Assembly (NCBI GenBank): GCA_002269645.1 | Contig: NIVC01000387.1 | Span: 186,001 to 250,000 of the forward strand | From: Macrostomum lignano | Taxonomy: Eukaryota | Length of the DNA: 64,000 bases | Reading direction: 5' to 3' | Shown here: one piece after another, positions 12,301-23,543 of the stretch | How positions within the stretch are numbered: the first letter of the stretch is position 1 | Layout of the letters: each line of letters starts with the position of its first letter | Notes under the pieces: model-generated | What the model saw: only the letters and a program-made list of their open reading frames with translations | Told to the model about the DNA's origin: nothing | Databases searched by the model: none | Translations under genes and position numbers: made by a program

Positions 12301-15300
12301 CGGCATTTAATTTGGTCCAACAAGCATCAATTTGGTCCATTTAGTTCATTTGCAGCTCAGTCCCAGAATTGTGGACCATATGCTAGGCTGTTGAACGAAT
12401 GCCATTGGCTTGTGATCGAAGCACTCGACGGAGGTGAACACCCAAAGGACATTGCAAGGTTTCTGAATGTAAAAGAAAAGGTGGTTTACAGCATCCAGCA
12501 GCGCGTTGAAACTCTGCCGGCAGAGATTGCGTGCGAAAGGGTGGCAATCACCAAGGAAAATTGCTCGAGAGCCTCAGGTCCAACTGCTACTCGATGCAGT
12601 GGAGACGAACCCTTTGTTGACGTTGCCGAAATGCAGCAGAAGTTGAGGGAACAGCTCCAGTTGGTTATCAGATTTCGACTATCAGCAGAGCTCTGGAAAA
12701 GCAACTGAAAACTTTTGGTAGAGACGCTGACATTCCAGCGGTGCGCAACAACCTGCAGACGGTTGAGAGAAGGCAAGAGTTTGTCCAATGGCTCACGAGT
12801 GTTTGGACCAAATTGATGCTTGTTGGACCAAATTAAATGCCGCTGCGCCAGCCTTGCTACCATAGACAAAAGCTCTGTTACATTGGCAAACGTATCTTGG
12901 ATTAAATTAAATGCGCGTAAGCCCAAATGGGCTGCAAAATACTATATGAAAAGTAATGTTGGTAAACATTGTCTACATTTAATTACTTGATTACTTACCT
13001 GCTTGATTCAAGAAGGAAAAAAACAAAATTTTTACTTCTGAGTTTTTACAATTTTGGCTTGGGCTTATGAAATAAAAAGAAAACATTATGAAGATGAAAC
13101 TTTCACTGCACAACTGCAGAAAAACAGAGTAACCTGTTGTGCATGCTAAATTAAAGGAATGCCAATCTTCACTGCCCCAGATCAAATGCAATCACTGGTT
13201 TCGTGATGAAAAAACTGTTTTCCTATCTCCACAATGTATTTTTTTCTAGGAAACGGGCTTAAAAATTACACTATCTTTGAGTTTTATGTCCTGTTATACT
13301 ACAGTGATCCTTGGTTGAGGTAGGGCGAGGGATAGGGCTAAGCTTTTCAGTATGAGGGTGACCGCTTTTCAGCATTGTGAAATTTCGGTTCTTCTTATCT
13401 CTCTATTCCTCTGCGGCCTTCTGATTGGCTCTTCATCCTTAACTCTCTCTCTCTCTCCTCGTACATCACCCGTGCCTTTCTGTCTGCACTTATCATATAG
13501 TTCACAACCCCAATTTAGTGTACCAAATTTAGTGTACGTCAGTAGTTTAAATGGGCTCACTGCAGGTTCCTTGTTAAATCTGGCCAGTTCTCACCTGAGT
13601 CATGGTGCTGTCTTTGTAGTCCTTGTGCTTGAAAAACGTGTACAGAATGGTCTTGGCCATGTCCTCATCCAGCTCAGTATTGTACACTGACAGCATGTGG
13701 CAGTCAAACTTTGATTTCGGGTCTTCCTTGGAGAACTGCATCAGAACCTGTGTGAGGATTCGTTGAGACTCGCACAGTCAAGCCACTGCCTGATCAGATG
13801 ATAAATTAACCCCTCAACACCCGCACAGTCAGTTCAGCTCACGCGAGTGATTTCCTCCGCTTCAAGTTCGTTGCACTTCCACGTTGGCTGGTAGCGGTTC
13901 AGCATATCCTTGATTTTCTTCAGCACAAACTCATCGTCGGCCCGCGAGTGGAGATTGCGGATGTTGCGGAAGAAGGCGAGCTCGTTGGCTGCCCGGCCGG
14001 AGCCCTGCACCGTGATCACCGGCGTGCCGGCCTCCGCGCTCTTGCCTGCGGGTTCGAGGCGGCAACTCAAATTTAGGAGACTGCGCGCAGTTGACAGCTC
14101 CCGCCATTGTGGCGCATCTAGTCCAAAGCTCGTTTTTATTTGAGGGGCGCCATTTCATTTTGAGGATGCGCCATCTTATTTTAAGGATGCGCCATTTCAT
14201 TTTGAGGATGCGCCATTTCATTTTGAGGGGGCGCCATTTCATTTTGAGGATGCGCCATTTCATTTTGAGGATGCGCCATTTCATTTTGAGGATGCGCCAT
14301 TTCATTTTGAGAAATTGCTTACCGGCCATCAGCACGGCCTTCTTTCCGCCCTCGATGACAAGCTGCACCACGGGCGGGTTGAAGGCGTTCTCCTTGTTTT
14401 TAACCAGCGTCTTCAGCTTGTTGACAATGTACTGCTCAAAATCCGCCCTGAACTCCATCTCAGTGCCGAAATAGCGCACAGTGCCGTTGTCGCAGAAGAT
14501 GAAGTGCGTGTGGTTCGGCTCGATAGCGGCCTGGCCACGGCCGGGATTCTCCGTGCAGTTCGCGTACTCGACAGTGTCGATTCGCTCCGCTTTGCTCTGC
14601 GATGGGCGGGGGGATTTCCCGGGGTGTGGAGCTATTTATAGACTTCTTATTTAACTACTAATGGAAAATTCCGAGCGGCTGCATGCTGCTATTTTTACGA
14701 GCCATCGCTGACTTCAAACCAAAAAGGCCGAAAAGTTGATGTCGATCGCTCACTTCAAAGCCTTTAACAGTAGGGGGAATATCAAACCATTTTCCGCCCG
14801 TAGAACTATCAAAAAGTAAAGACAGGTTGGGCCATAGACAACACGCAGGTTTCCGCCCGAGACACTCGACTGAGAGCCAGCGTAACTCATTCATGAGCAG
14901 CGACTTCAGTTCAGTCCAACAAGGATGTCCTGCCCCAGGCTGGCTTGTCTCTCAGGGGAAATCTGCGCGTTGTCTATGGCCAAACCGGTCTTCATTCTAT
15001 AGGTTTGCAGTCTTGGATGTCCGTGTTCTACCATAACTGAGCATGGCAAATGCTATGATAATTTACCACCGGAATTACTTAACTGAACTTTAAAAAAAGA
15101 GTTGCAATAAACAAGCAAACATCTGCAAAAATCTGCTAAGCAGACAACAACAAAATCAAACGAATGCAACGGTGATCAAATTAAGAAGTTTCGGCATTGC
15201 GATCAAAAAAGTGCGTGACAAACTTTGCATTCGAAGCACTATTGAACACTCGTGATGCGGTTCTATAATTCCATGCTGCAACTTCTGTGCTACCGGACAG

Positions 15301-18300
15301 GGAGACTGATGTCTAGGAAAGCAAATTTAATGATTGAAGAAGCACAACACGTTGTGTACTGCTAGTGCCGAAATCATGCAGTGCTCATAATGGCTACTGA
15401 GGCTCTCAATTTGTCATTCGTATGACTGCTTACTGTGTATGAGTAGTATCTCGCGGTCTAAAAGCAGCGGAGTTGATGCAGATGAGATTGTGGTCGAATG
15501 AGTCTGACAATAGTATAGATTGTGTCCATGGTGTTGGAGTTAAACCATAGACACTGCGAGCTACCTAATATTTACCATAAAAATGATTCATTCATTATCG
15601 TGACCATAACTGATCATTGTCTGAATAGAATTTCTTTTATGTCAATCCTATGGCACTGAATTTCATAGAACTTCATAGAAGTTCATAAAACTCAAAATAA
15701 TATCATAGGATTTCATACAATCGGACTCCTTATGTGAATACATTCGAATGTATGTTGCGATACATCCGTGTTTCTATGGCAACTATTAAATATGAAAAGA
15801 AATATGACGTGTATGAATTTTTTTTGGCCTGACTGGAAAGATTATTGCCATACTGTAGTGCTGATGGCGGCCAGAGCTTTTCCAATAAACTCTCTGAACT
15901 CCTGGATCATAAACTCTCTGAACTCCTGGATCATGAACTCTCTGAACTCCTGGATCATAAACTCTCTGAACTCCTGGATCATAAACTCTCTGAACTCCTG
16001 GATCATAAACTCTCTGAACTCCTGGATCATAAACTCCCTGAACTCCTATCCCTAGCAATGTGGATCATAAACTCTCTGAACTCCTATCCCTAGCAATGTG
16101 GATCATGAGCTCTCTGAACTCCTATCCCTAGCAATGTGGATCATGAGCTCTCTGAACTCCTATCCCTAGCAATGTGGATCATAAACTCTCTGAACTCCTA
16201 TCCCTAGCAATGTGGATCATAAACTCTCTGAACTCCTATCCCTAGCAATGTGGATCATAAACTCTCTGAATTCCTATCCCTAGCAATGTGGATCATAAAC
16301 TCTCTGAACTCCTATCCCTAGCAATGTGGATCATAAACTCTCTGAACTCCTGGATCATGAACTCTCTGAACTCCTGGATCATAAACTCTCTGAACTCCTG
16401 GATCATAAACTCTCTGAACTCCTGGATCATAAACTCTCTGAACTCCTGGATCATAAACTCTCTGAACTCCTATCCCTAGCAATGTGGATCATAAACTCTC
16501 TGAACTCCTATCCCTAGCAAAGTGGATCATGAGCTCTCTGAACTCCTATCCCTAGCAATGTGGATCATGAGCTCTCTGAACTCCTATCCCTAGCAATGTG
16601 GATCATAAACTCTCTGAACTCCTATCCCTAGCAATGTGGATCATAAACTCTCTGAACTCCTATCCCTAGCAATGTGGATCATGAGCTCTCTGAACTCCTA
16701 TCCCTAACAAAGTGGATCATAAACTCTCTGAACTCCTATCCCTAGCAATGTGGATCATAAACTCTCTGAACTCCTATCCCTAGCAATGTGGATCATGAGC
16801 TCTCTGAACTCCTATCCCTAGCAATGTGGATCATAAACTCTCTGAACTCCTATCCCTAGCAATGTGGATCATAAACTCTCTGAACTCCTATCCCTAGCAA
16901 TGTGGATCATGAGCTCTCTGAATTCCTATCCCTAACAAAGTGGATCATGAGCTCTCTGAATTCCTGGATCATAAACTCTCTGAACTCCTATCCCTAGCAA
17001 TGTGGATCATAAACTCTCTGAACTCCTATCCCTAGCAATGTGGATCATAAACTCTCTGAACTCCTATCCCTAGCAATGTGGATCATAAACTCTCTGAATT
17101 CCTATCCCTAGCAATGTGGATCATAAACTCTCTGAACTCCTATCCCTAGCAATGTGGATCATAAACTCTCTGAATTCCTATCCCTAACAAAGTGGTGCTC
17201 ACATTCGTGCTGTCGATCTCCAGGCACTCCCGGTTGTACACGGCGCCCCAGGAGCAAAGGCCGATCACCCAGATCTGCTGTGCGCCGCCAGCAAAGTTGT
17301 ACTCCTGGATGGCCTGGCCTACCAGTTGGCTGCAGCCCAAGTTGAAGCCGGGAGTCAGGATCCACGTGGCTGTGCGTGGGCGCAAGGAAACTCATGTATT
17401 CGTGAAGTCCTTGGCTATACACCCACATGGGGTGCACAACGGCCCTGATTTTCTCTTTGTATATGTAAGGCCCTCATGGGCGTGAGTTGCCACTCAGTTG
17501 ACCAAAGTACTTAATATGACTTTAACTGCTCATGACGGTTGTAACTCACTCTTCACTCCGCTGGCCACATTGGTGAGTCCCTGTTTGACTTTTTTCAGCA
17601 ACTTTGCCGACATTTTCTCCATCTTCTTGGCGCCGCCGTTGACGGACAGCACGAGATCGGGCAGCGGCAGGGCCCAGTACATCGGGCTCGTCATCAGCTC
17701 CCAGAGCGCCTCGAAGTCTCGCGTTTCCGAGTCGATTCGAATGTACTGCCGATATGTATCGAAATTACTCATCAGTAAGCTGTAGGACATCACAGGCACA
17801 CCCACAATGACACCACAGGCACACCCACAAAGACACCACAGGCACACCCACAGACACTACAGGCACACCCACAAAGACACCACAGGCACACTCACAAAGA
17901 CACCACAGGCACACCCACAATGACACCACAGGCACACCCACAATGACACCACAGGCACACCCACAAAGACACCACAGGCACACCCACAATGACACCACAG
18001 GCACACCCACAAAGACACCACAGGCACACCACAAAGACACCACAGGCACACCCACAGACACTACAGGCACACCCACAAAGACACCACAGGCACACCCACA
18101 ATGACACCACAGGCACACCCACAAAGACACCACTTCACACACCCACCACTCGAAAGGAAACTACAGGTGTAAAGAGATCATTAAGAAAAGAATAAAAGCT
18201 ACGCTAATGCCGTCCCCTCCCTGCTCAGCTCAACTCACAAACGGTTTGTGCGTCACTCCCAGCCTGCCGAATCCCTGCAGCTTCATCCGGCCGAAGGCGT

Positions 18301-21300
18301 TGGTCGGCAGCACCCGGGCGCAGGTCTCGGTGCGCCACTTCACCTTTGCCAGCTGCTCCGACTGCTGCACCGGGATGCCCTGCTCCCGGTGCCACTGGGG
18401 CGGCCGGTTGCAGTGGCAAATTTCCTCGCTGTGTTCGGGGTTTTGAAAGGAGGGGGCAGTCTTAGCCACTCATAAACAGATCTCGAGTTCAACTGCACTT
18501 GTTGGTGCTGTTGTTAGTCATCAATTGCAAGACTGATCACAGATTCACAGCAGCGGGCATCTGACCGGCACACCTTTTCAACACCAGATTAGCGAGCTGA
18601 GATAACGACACAATTAAAGCGATAAACTCTTCGGTCGTTGCTATAGGCTTAAATGCTCCATTATTCTCTGTCTCTCAAAAAAAGAAGCGAAACACAGGTT
18701 AAGAAGCCAGTCAGTGCACACTCGAGGACCACTAGAAGGTACAACGGTAACTTCTAGTGGTCCTTGTACACACAATACTATTACGTATTTCTACAGGTAT
18801 CTCACTTTTGGACACAGACTGGACACACACGCACACACACGCACACACGCACACACGCACCTCGACCTCTGTTTCTATGACGTACCGCAATTCTTAACTC
18901 AAGTATGTCTCTTCCCCTAGCTTTCCCAGAGTATACAGCAGCAGCTTTCTGTGTTGCTGTGCCGCCTCTCCGCTGCTTAGCGGGCGAGGGTGCGGCTGAG
19001 TTCCCACGAGCACCAACTCGCAGCTCAATCTGCCGCAGATTGCTTTATTTACACAAGTCCCGTTGCAAAAAGCGACCGCTCAGGCAGTATTGTTAGCACA
19101 AAAATTTTGAGCTTGCTCCACGAAATATGACAGCAAAATCCACCCATGTTGTCTAACTGGAAACACTAAACTGTCTCTGACCTTTCGACTCAAGCAATCG
19201 ATTGATGGCGTACATGTGCGCTCGTGAAACTGATAGTCAAGTTTTGTACGTTTAACTTGGTTATTGTAAATTGTGACTGTTGGCCAGTTGTCACTGCAGG
19301 CAGTTGTCACTGCAGGCAGTTGTCACTGCAGGCAGTTGTCACTGCAGGCAGTTGTCACTGCAGGCAGTTGTCACTGCAGGCAGTTGTCACTGCAGGCAGT
19401 TGTCACTGCAGGCAGTTGTCACTGCAGGCAGTTGTCACTGCAGGCAGTTGTCACTGCAGGCAGTTGTCACTGCAGGCAGTTGTCACTGCAGGCAGTTGTC
19501 ACTGCAGACAGTTGTCACTGCAGGCAGTTGTCACCGCAGATTATTTGTCACTGCAGATTATTTGTCACGGCAGCAAATTGTCGTGGAACCAGCCATATCG
19601 CTAGCCTAAGATTCCCGATTACTCAAACGAAGGGTTAAGAAAAAATTGTTTCGCGATTATTAAGCAACAGTTAATTTATTGGTTTTTTTAAAAGCGCCGC
19701 TCACCAGCCTGGAGGAGTCCTGAAAATCAGAGGTGTAAATCTAAACTGCGTGAGTGTGTGCATTCTACAGTGCAAGCAAACTCGTGCATTGGGACAAACG
19801 CTGTCAAATCACGAAGCTAGAGATGTACAGCTTAAGACAGAAGACAGAATATTCATTCCAGGATCCACGGAATGAGAAATGGGATAAAGTTTGAAAAGCA
19901 GCGGACTCACTCAGCCGGGTTGGGTATATACTGCTTGCCAGGATCCACGGAATGAGAAATGAGATAAAGTTTGAAAAGCAGCGGACTCACTCAGCCGGGT
20001 TGGGTATGTACTGCTTGCCAGGATCCACGGAATGAGAAATGGGATAAAGTTTGAAAAGCAGCGGACTCACTCAGCCGGGTTGGGTATGTACTGCTTGCCA
20101 GGATCCACGGAATGAGAAATGAGATAAATTTTGAAAAGCAGCGGACTCACTCAGCCGGGTTGGGTATGTACTGCTTGCCAGGATCCACGGAATGAGAAAT
20201 GAGATAAATTTTGAAAAGCAGCGGACTCACTCAGCCGGGTTGGGTATGTACTGCTTGCCAGGATCCACGGAATGAGAAATGAGATAAAGTTTGAAAAGCA
20301 GCGGACTCACTCAGCCGGGTTGGGTATGTACTGCTTGCCAGGATCCACGGAATGAGAAATGAGATAAAGTTTGAAAAGCAGCGGACTCACTCAGCCGGGT
20401 TGGGTATGTACTGCTTGCCAGGATCCACGGAATGAGAAATGAGATAAAGTTTGAAAAGCAGCGGACTCACTCAGCCGGGTTGGGTATGTACTGCTTGCAG
20501 AGCCGCATGTTGATGTTCTGCTTGGCAAAGTCGTGCAGCGTCTGTTGCGTCTGCTGGAGCTGCGGCTCGCCCTGCAGTGAAAGGCCGTCATCGTCCAGTT
20601 CGTCAATGTTCGCCAGGGACATTCACGAGAGTGAACTGGGGAGTGAACTGGGGAGTGAACTGGGCCGGTATTGGAAGATTGCACGGGGTTCAAAATAGAA
20701 AGCTAAAAGCAAGGCGGAATCTCGCTGGATCTTATCGACGAAGAACCGGGGAGGGGAGGTAGAGGGAAGGACGAGGACTTTGCAAAACTGCATTTCCTCA
20801 CTCTTCCCCCAACGTGTGTTCGCTCGCACCCATCCCTCTGACCCGTGCGGCCCGGTCAGCGAAGCTTAGCTCAGCGAGCCTTTGGGTTGAGGTGGGGATC
20901 CGCGAGCAGATCACAAGGCAGAGATCCCAGGTGCGCGCGGGGAACGGGGGCAGGAGACAGGCTTGTGTGATTAACAGCTTACTGTGTACAGAAGAAAATG
21001 AAGGTTCTCTAAGTTTTAAATGTGCCCGCTGGAATTCCGGAGAAGGAGTGGTTGGTTCCCATAGTAGCACATGTCAGTCAGCAGTGCATTCGCATGCTTA
21101 AGTGAATTTCGGCACCGATTTAAATTTGCTAATATCCAAAGTCTCCAACAGGCTGAATTCTACAGACTCTATACAGAATGCTCTCGTTTCTCCTGTGAAG
21201 TGTTTAAAGGAGGCCCAGTTTTCGCATGCAAACACTAGCGGGAGGGCACCGTTTTTCCCAAGAAGCACTGGCGCCTCACCCGGTTACTTCGGCTGGTCAG

Positions 21301-21884
21301 TTGGCTTGAAGGCTCTTTGACGGGTGCAACTGTGGCTCCGAATTGCTGATTCTGCGGATGCTGCTGGCGCCGGGGACTCGGCTGGTGCTGGGACTCGTAC
21401 TGACGGCCATCGGAGCTGGCGGCGCCGGCCTCTTTTGCGGCCGCCCCGCCGCTAAACGCCGCGTTGTCGGCCGCAGCGGCGCTGAGCCGCACCGTGTCGG
21501 CTTCGCTCGCGTCCGCGCCTGCGCCGGACTCCTCTTCGAAGTCGCGGCTCCGTCGGCTCCGGTGCCGGTGCTTCCGGTGCTTGTGCTTCCGTTCCCGTTT
21601 CCGGTCTTTGTTGGCGACGCTGCCGTCTTCTTCCGTTGTTCGATCTTTCTCCAACCTGCGGTGGTAAAGATGCGACAGGAGTTTTGTGAACCCGGAGTCA
21701 GTGCTGCAGCAGTTACCATGAGCTAAAGTGCATATAGCCACGAGGCTGCCACCCTGTTGGAGTACCAAAGCCACCCTATTGTGCGTCACCTGTCGGGGCC
21801 GGGTTGATCGACGTAGTCTGGTCCCACCGGCTGCACCCGGATGTGCTGCCGATAGCCAGATAGGTCAATATTCTCCCCATCCAT
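326..21884 (-). CDS. TRPM: TRPM-family (melastatin) cation channel, 20 coding exons, ~1438 aa if the 1-nt deletion in exon 10 is corrected
   Basis: Phase-consistent GT-AG exons: 21884-21790, 21655-21280, 20571-20471, 18428-18239, 17745-17550, 17369-17203, 14596-14323, 14045-13843, 13747-13595, 11670-11456, 8392-8333, 8174-8024, 7572-7087, 6990-6761, 6045-5437, 5337-5139, 4812-4707, 3889-3681, 1684-1483, 419-326. Motifs: MHR1/2 (LPDLVLSVNGGAK, WILTPG, EPNHTHFIFCDNG, VIEGG, QGSGRAAN), MHR3/4 (QVRLCMAWQR.DIA, ALNKQQVDFVKLFLEHG, DLFLWSLL), S1-S6 (FYSAPICKF, LEEFRQ, LGPKVVMI, PYWQMYGEL, LLLNLLIAMF), TRP helix (EYYTRPVLPPP), terminal coiled coil. Subfamily member not assignable; the 3' end may continue beyond the window. 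Confidence 0.93.
439..1412. repeat. 27/30-bp minisatellite in TRPM intron 19
   Basis: Unit (GCT)nGACTCTGACTGGCTAATGGG with a variable GCT count, ~33 copies; ends ~18 nt from the acceptor at 420. Confidence 0.97.
1849..3632. repeat. 12/13-bp composite minisatellite in TRPM intron 18
   Basis: Interspersed units ATCCAGTGTCACT / ATCCAGTGTCTCT / ATCCATAGTTACT over ~1.8 kb. Confidence 0.97.
4020..4630. repeat. 25-bp purine-rich minisatellite in TRPM intron 17
   Basis: Unit GGGAAAGAGTTGGTGAATGGGGATA, ~24 copies, pyrimidine-rich on the transcribed sense (minus) strand. Confidence 0.95.
6168..6722. mobile_element. Putative MITE with ~55-bp imperfect terminal inverted repeats in TRPM intron 14
   Basis: GTCGAACTACCAAGAGGGGGAAAAATTCC...GACAATTTTTTTTGCT (6168-6221) is the reverse complement of AGCAAAAATATTGTC...GGAATTTTCCCCCTCTCTTGGTAGTTCGAC (6672-6722); no coding capacity recognised. 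Confidence 0.6.
8452..11369. repeat. 14-bp minisatellite (~208 copies) in TRPM intron 10
   Basis: Core CTGGCTGTAACA plus a 2-nt variable site (AT/CA/AA/TA/GA); recurring rare variants CTAGCTGTA, CTGCCTGTA, CTGCCTATA. Confidence 0.98.
12197..12946 (+). mobile_element. Internally deleted IS630-Tc1-mariner-type DNA transposon in TRPM intron 9
   Basis: ~143-bp TIRs (12197-12339 / 12804-12946) with TA at both ends. Frameshifted transposase DNA-binding remnants inside: VIEALDGGEHPKDIARFLNVKEKVVYSIQQR, EPFVDVAEMQQKLREQ, and from 12672 ISTISRALEKQLKTFGRDADIPAVRNNLQTVERRQEFVQWL. No DDE domain. Confidence 0.8.
14140..14311. repeat. 21-bp minisatellite (~8 copies) in TRPM intron 7
   Basis: Unit ATGCGCCATTTCATTTTGAGG; starts ~11 nt after the donor at 14322. 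Confidence 0.95.
15885..17192. repeat. 21/35-bp two-unit minisatellite in TRPM intron 6
   Basis: TGGATCATAAACTCTCTGAACTCC with or without TATCCCTAGCAATG; starts ~7-10 nt after the donor at 17202. Confidence 0.97.
17790..18135. repeat. ~23-bp AC-rich minisatellite in TRPM intron 4
   Basis: Unit CACAGGCACACCCACAA(A/T)GACAC, ~15 copies. Confidence 0.95.
19285..19570. repeat. 16-bp minisatellite in TRPM intron 3
   Basis: Unit CAGTTGTCACTGCAGG, ~15 near-perfect copies then degenerate. Confidence 0.95.
19861..20498 (-). repeat. 80-bp tandem repeat x8, each copy containing the TRPM exon-3 3' end and its 5' splice site
   Basis: Units start at 19861, 19941, 20021, 20101, 20181, 20261, 20341, 20421; minus strand reads CAAGCAGTACATACCCAACCCGGCTGA|GTGAGTCCGC in each copy. 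Confidence 0.97.
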
Positions 21885-22152
21885 TTAGCTGACTGGTGCC
21901 GCTAAATGCGTCTGGAAAGAGGCGTGCGATGCCCACTGCGGAGTCTTATAAGACGTGCGAAACAAATCATTGAAAAACAACTGATGACAAATCTTTTATA
22001 GCAGTATCATTTCTGAAGCCAACGCTTAGTTTATATGCTTGCACCAATCAGGTGTGTTAACAGTTTAAGAAATAAGAGACAATTTAAAACAAAAATCTAA
22101 CGAAACTGCATCGTGTCAATTAAGAAAAAGTACAAATCAAGCACTAATTATT

Positions 22153-23543
22153 GGAATTTTTGGGAGGCAGTTTTTACCAAAAAAGACATTACAGGTATTC
22201 ATATTTTCAGCACAAATTCTTTAATTGCTTTTGATAGCAGGCAGATCCAATGTTCATCTTTTGATGCGCTCGTATTACTTGCATTTCTTAAAGCCCCATT
22301 GATCTTTTGTCTAGAAAATTAAGATTCTACGTTAATTTTCTATCCTACGTACATGTCCTGTGTCTAAAAATCATAAAAGTGGCACAGCCCCGACTCAGGG
22401 GTGTCGCCATGGAACTTATGGTGGTGAGAAATAGCCATGAATTCTACATGTAAATTATTTTCAGAATCGGCGTTTTTAGCGATCATTTTTCATTTTTTTT
22501 AGCGCCGCAGGCACTCATTTTGGCGCCGCATGCACTCATTTTGGCGCCGCAGGCACTCATTTTGGCGCCGCAGGCACTCATTTATAAGTGCCGCAGGCAC
22601 TCATTTTGGCGCCGCATGCACTCATTTTGGCGCCGCATGCACTCATTTTGGCGCCGCAGGCACTCATTTTGGCGCCGCAGGCACTCATTTATAAGTGCCG
22701 CAGGCACTCATTTTGGCGCCGCAGGCACTCATTTTGGCGCCGCAGGCACTCATTTATAAGTGCCGCATGCACTCATTTTGGCGCCGCAGGCACTCATTTT
22801 GGCGCCGCAGGCACTCATTTATAAGTGCCGCAGGCACTATGTTTTGTCGCCCTGAAGCAAAATTATTGATTTCCATAACGGGGTCACAAAGGTGGGGTGG
22901 GGTTACAAAGTATTGACATGTCCCTCATAACTTTTACTGGGGGGACGCTTCCCCACTGTCCCCCTCCCGGTGGCGACGCCCCTGGCTCGACTCATTCGTT
23001 TTATGAATCTTTCTGTCATGCTTAGCTAATAATAAGTAATGATTTTATAGTCTTTACAATCAGTAGCGAGTCTTCATTGAAGTATAATAAAAGTCTTTAA
23101 TTATATTAGGTCGTATTTACGAAACAAGCCTAGCCTAAGTCAATATTGTTCATTTGTCTGATTGCTCTCAAGATTGTAGTTAAATCAGTTAGCATGATAA
23201 AAATATTAATAAAACCAATGAGTCGAGCTCTGCCACTTATATGATTTTTATGCTCAGGACATGTACATAGGATATAAAATAGCATTCACTATACTCAAAA
23301 CGAGCTGTCGGTATACATCTAGGTAGGTATCATGTCATTGATTTCAGAAAAGTAGAATCCTAATTTTCTTAAACGAAAAGCTCTGCAAAAATCAACTGAG
23401 CTATAAGAAAGGCAAGTCATATCAAAAGATAAACATTGGGTCTGCCTGCTATCAAAAGCAATTACAAATTTTGTGCTGAAAAATGAAAAAAAATCATTCT
23501 CCATAATAGATATTTTGGTAAACCTACCACCTAAAAATTTTCA
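22153..23543. mobile_element. Long diverged inverted-repeat element (MITE/foldback-like) upstream of the TRPM start codon
   Basis: 22153-22362 matches the reverse complement of 23253-23543 (e.g. TTTTCAGCACAAA..TAATTGCTTTTGATAGCAGGCAGA.CCAATGTT.ATCTTTTGAT and ATCCTA.GTACATGTCCTG). Confidence 0.6.
22396..22984. mobile_element. hAT-like MITE with an internal 21-bp minisatellite, nested in the larger inverted-repeat element
   Basis: 14-bp TIRs CAGGGGTGTCGCCA / TGGCGACGCCCCTG; partially matching 8-bp flanks (CCCCGACT vs GCTCGACT); internal array GCACTCATTTTGGCGCCGCAG ~22500-22840. Confidence 0.6.

Noticed and set aside
12985-13030. Apparent microexon ending CAAGCAG|GTAAGT in TRPM intron 9
   Set aside because: Exons 9 and 10 already join in phase to give the conserved TQ-VRLCMAW motif; including it does not repair the frameshift, which lies inside exon 10.
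19861-20498. CRISPR-like appearance of regular repeats (also the 39-bp array at 58670-59433)
   Set aside because: Units are contiguous with no unique spacers, there are no cas genes, and the context is eukaryotic introns.
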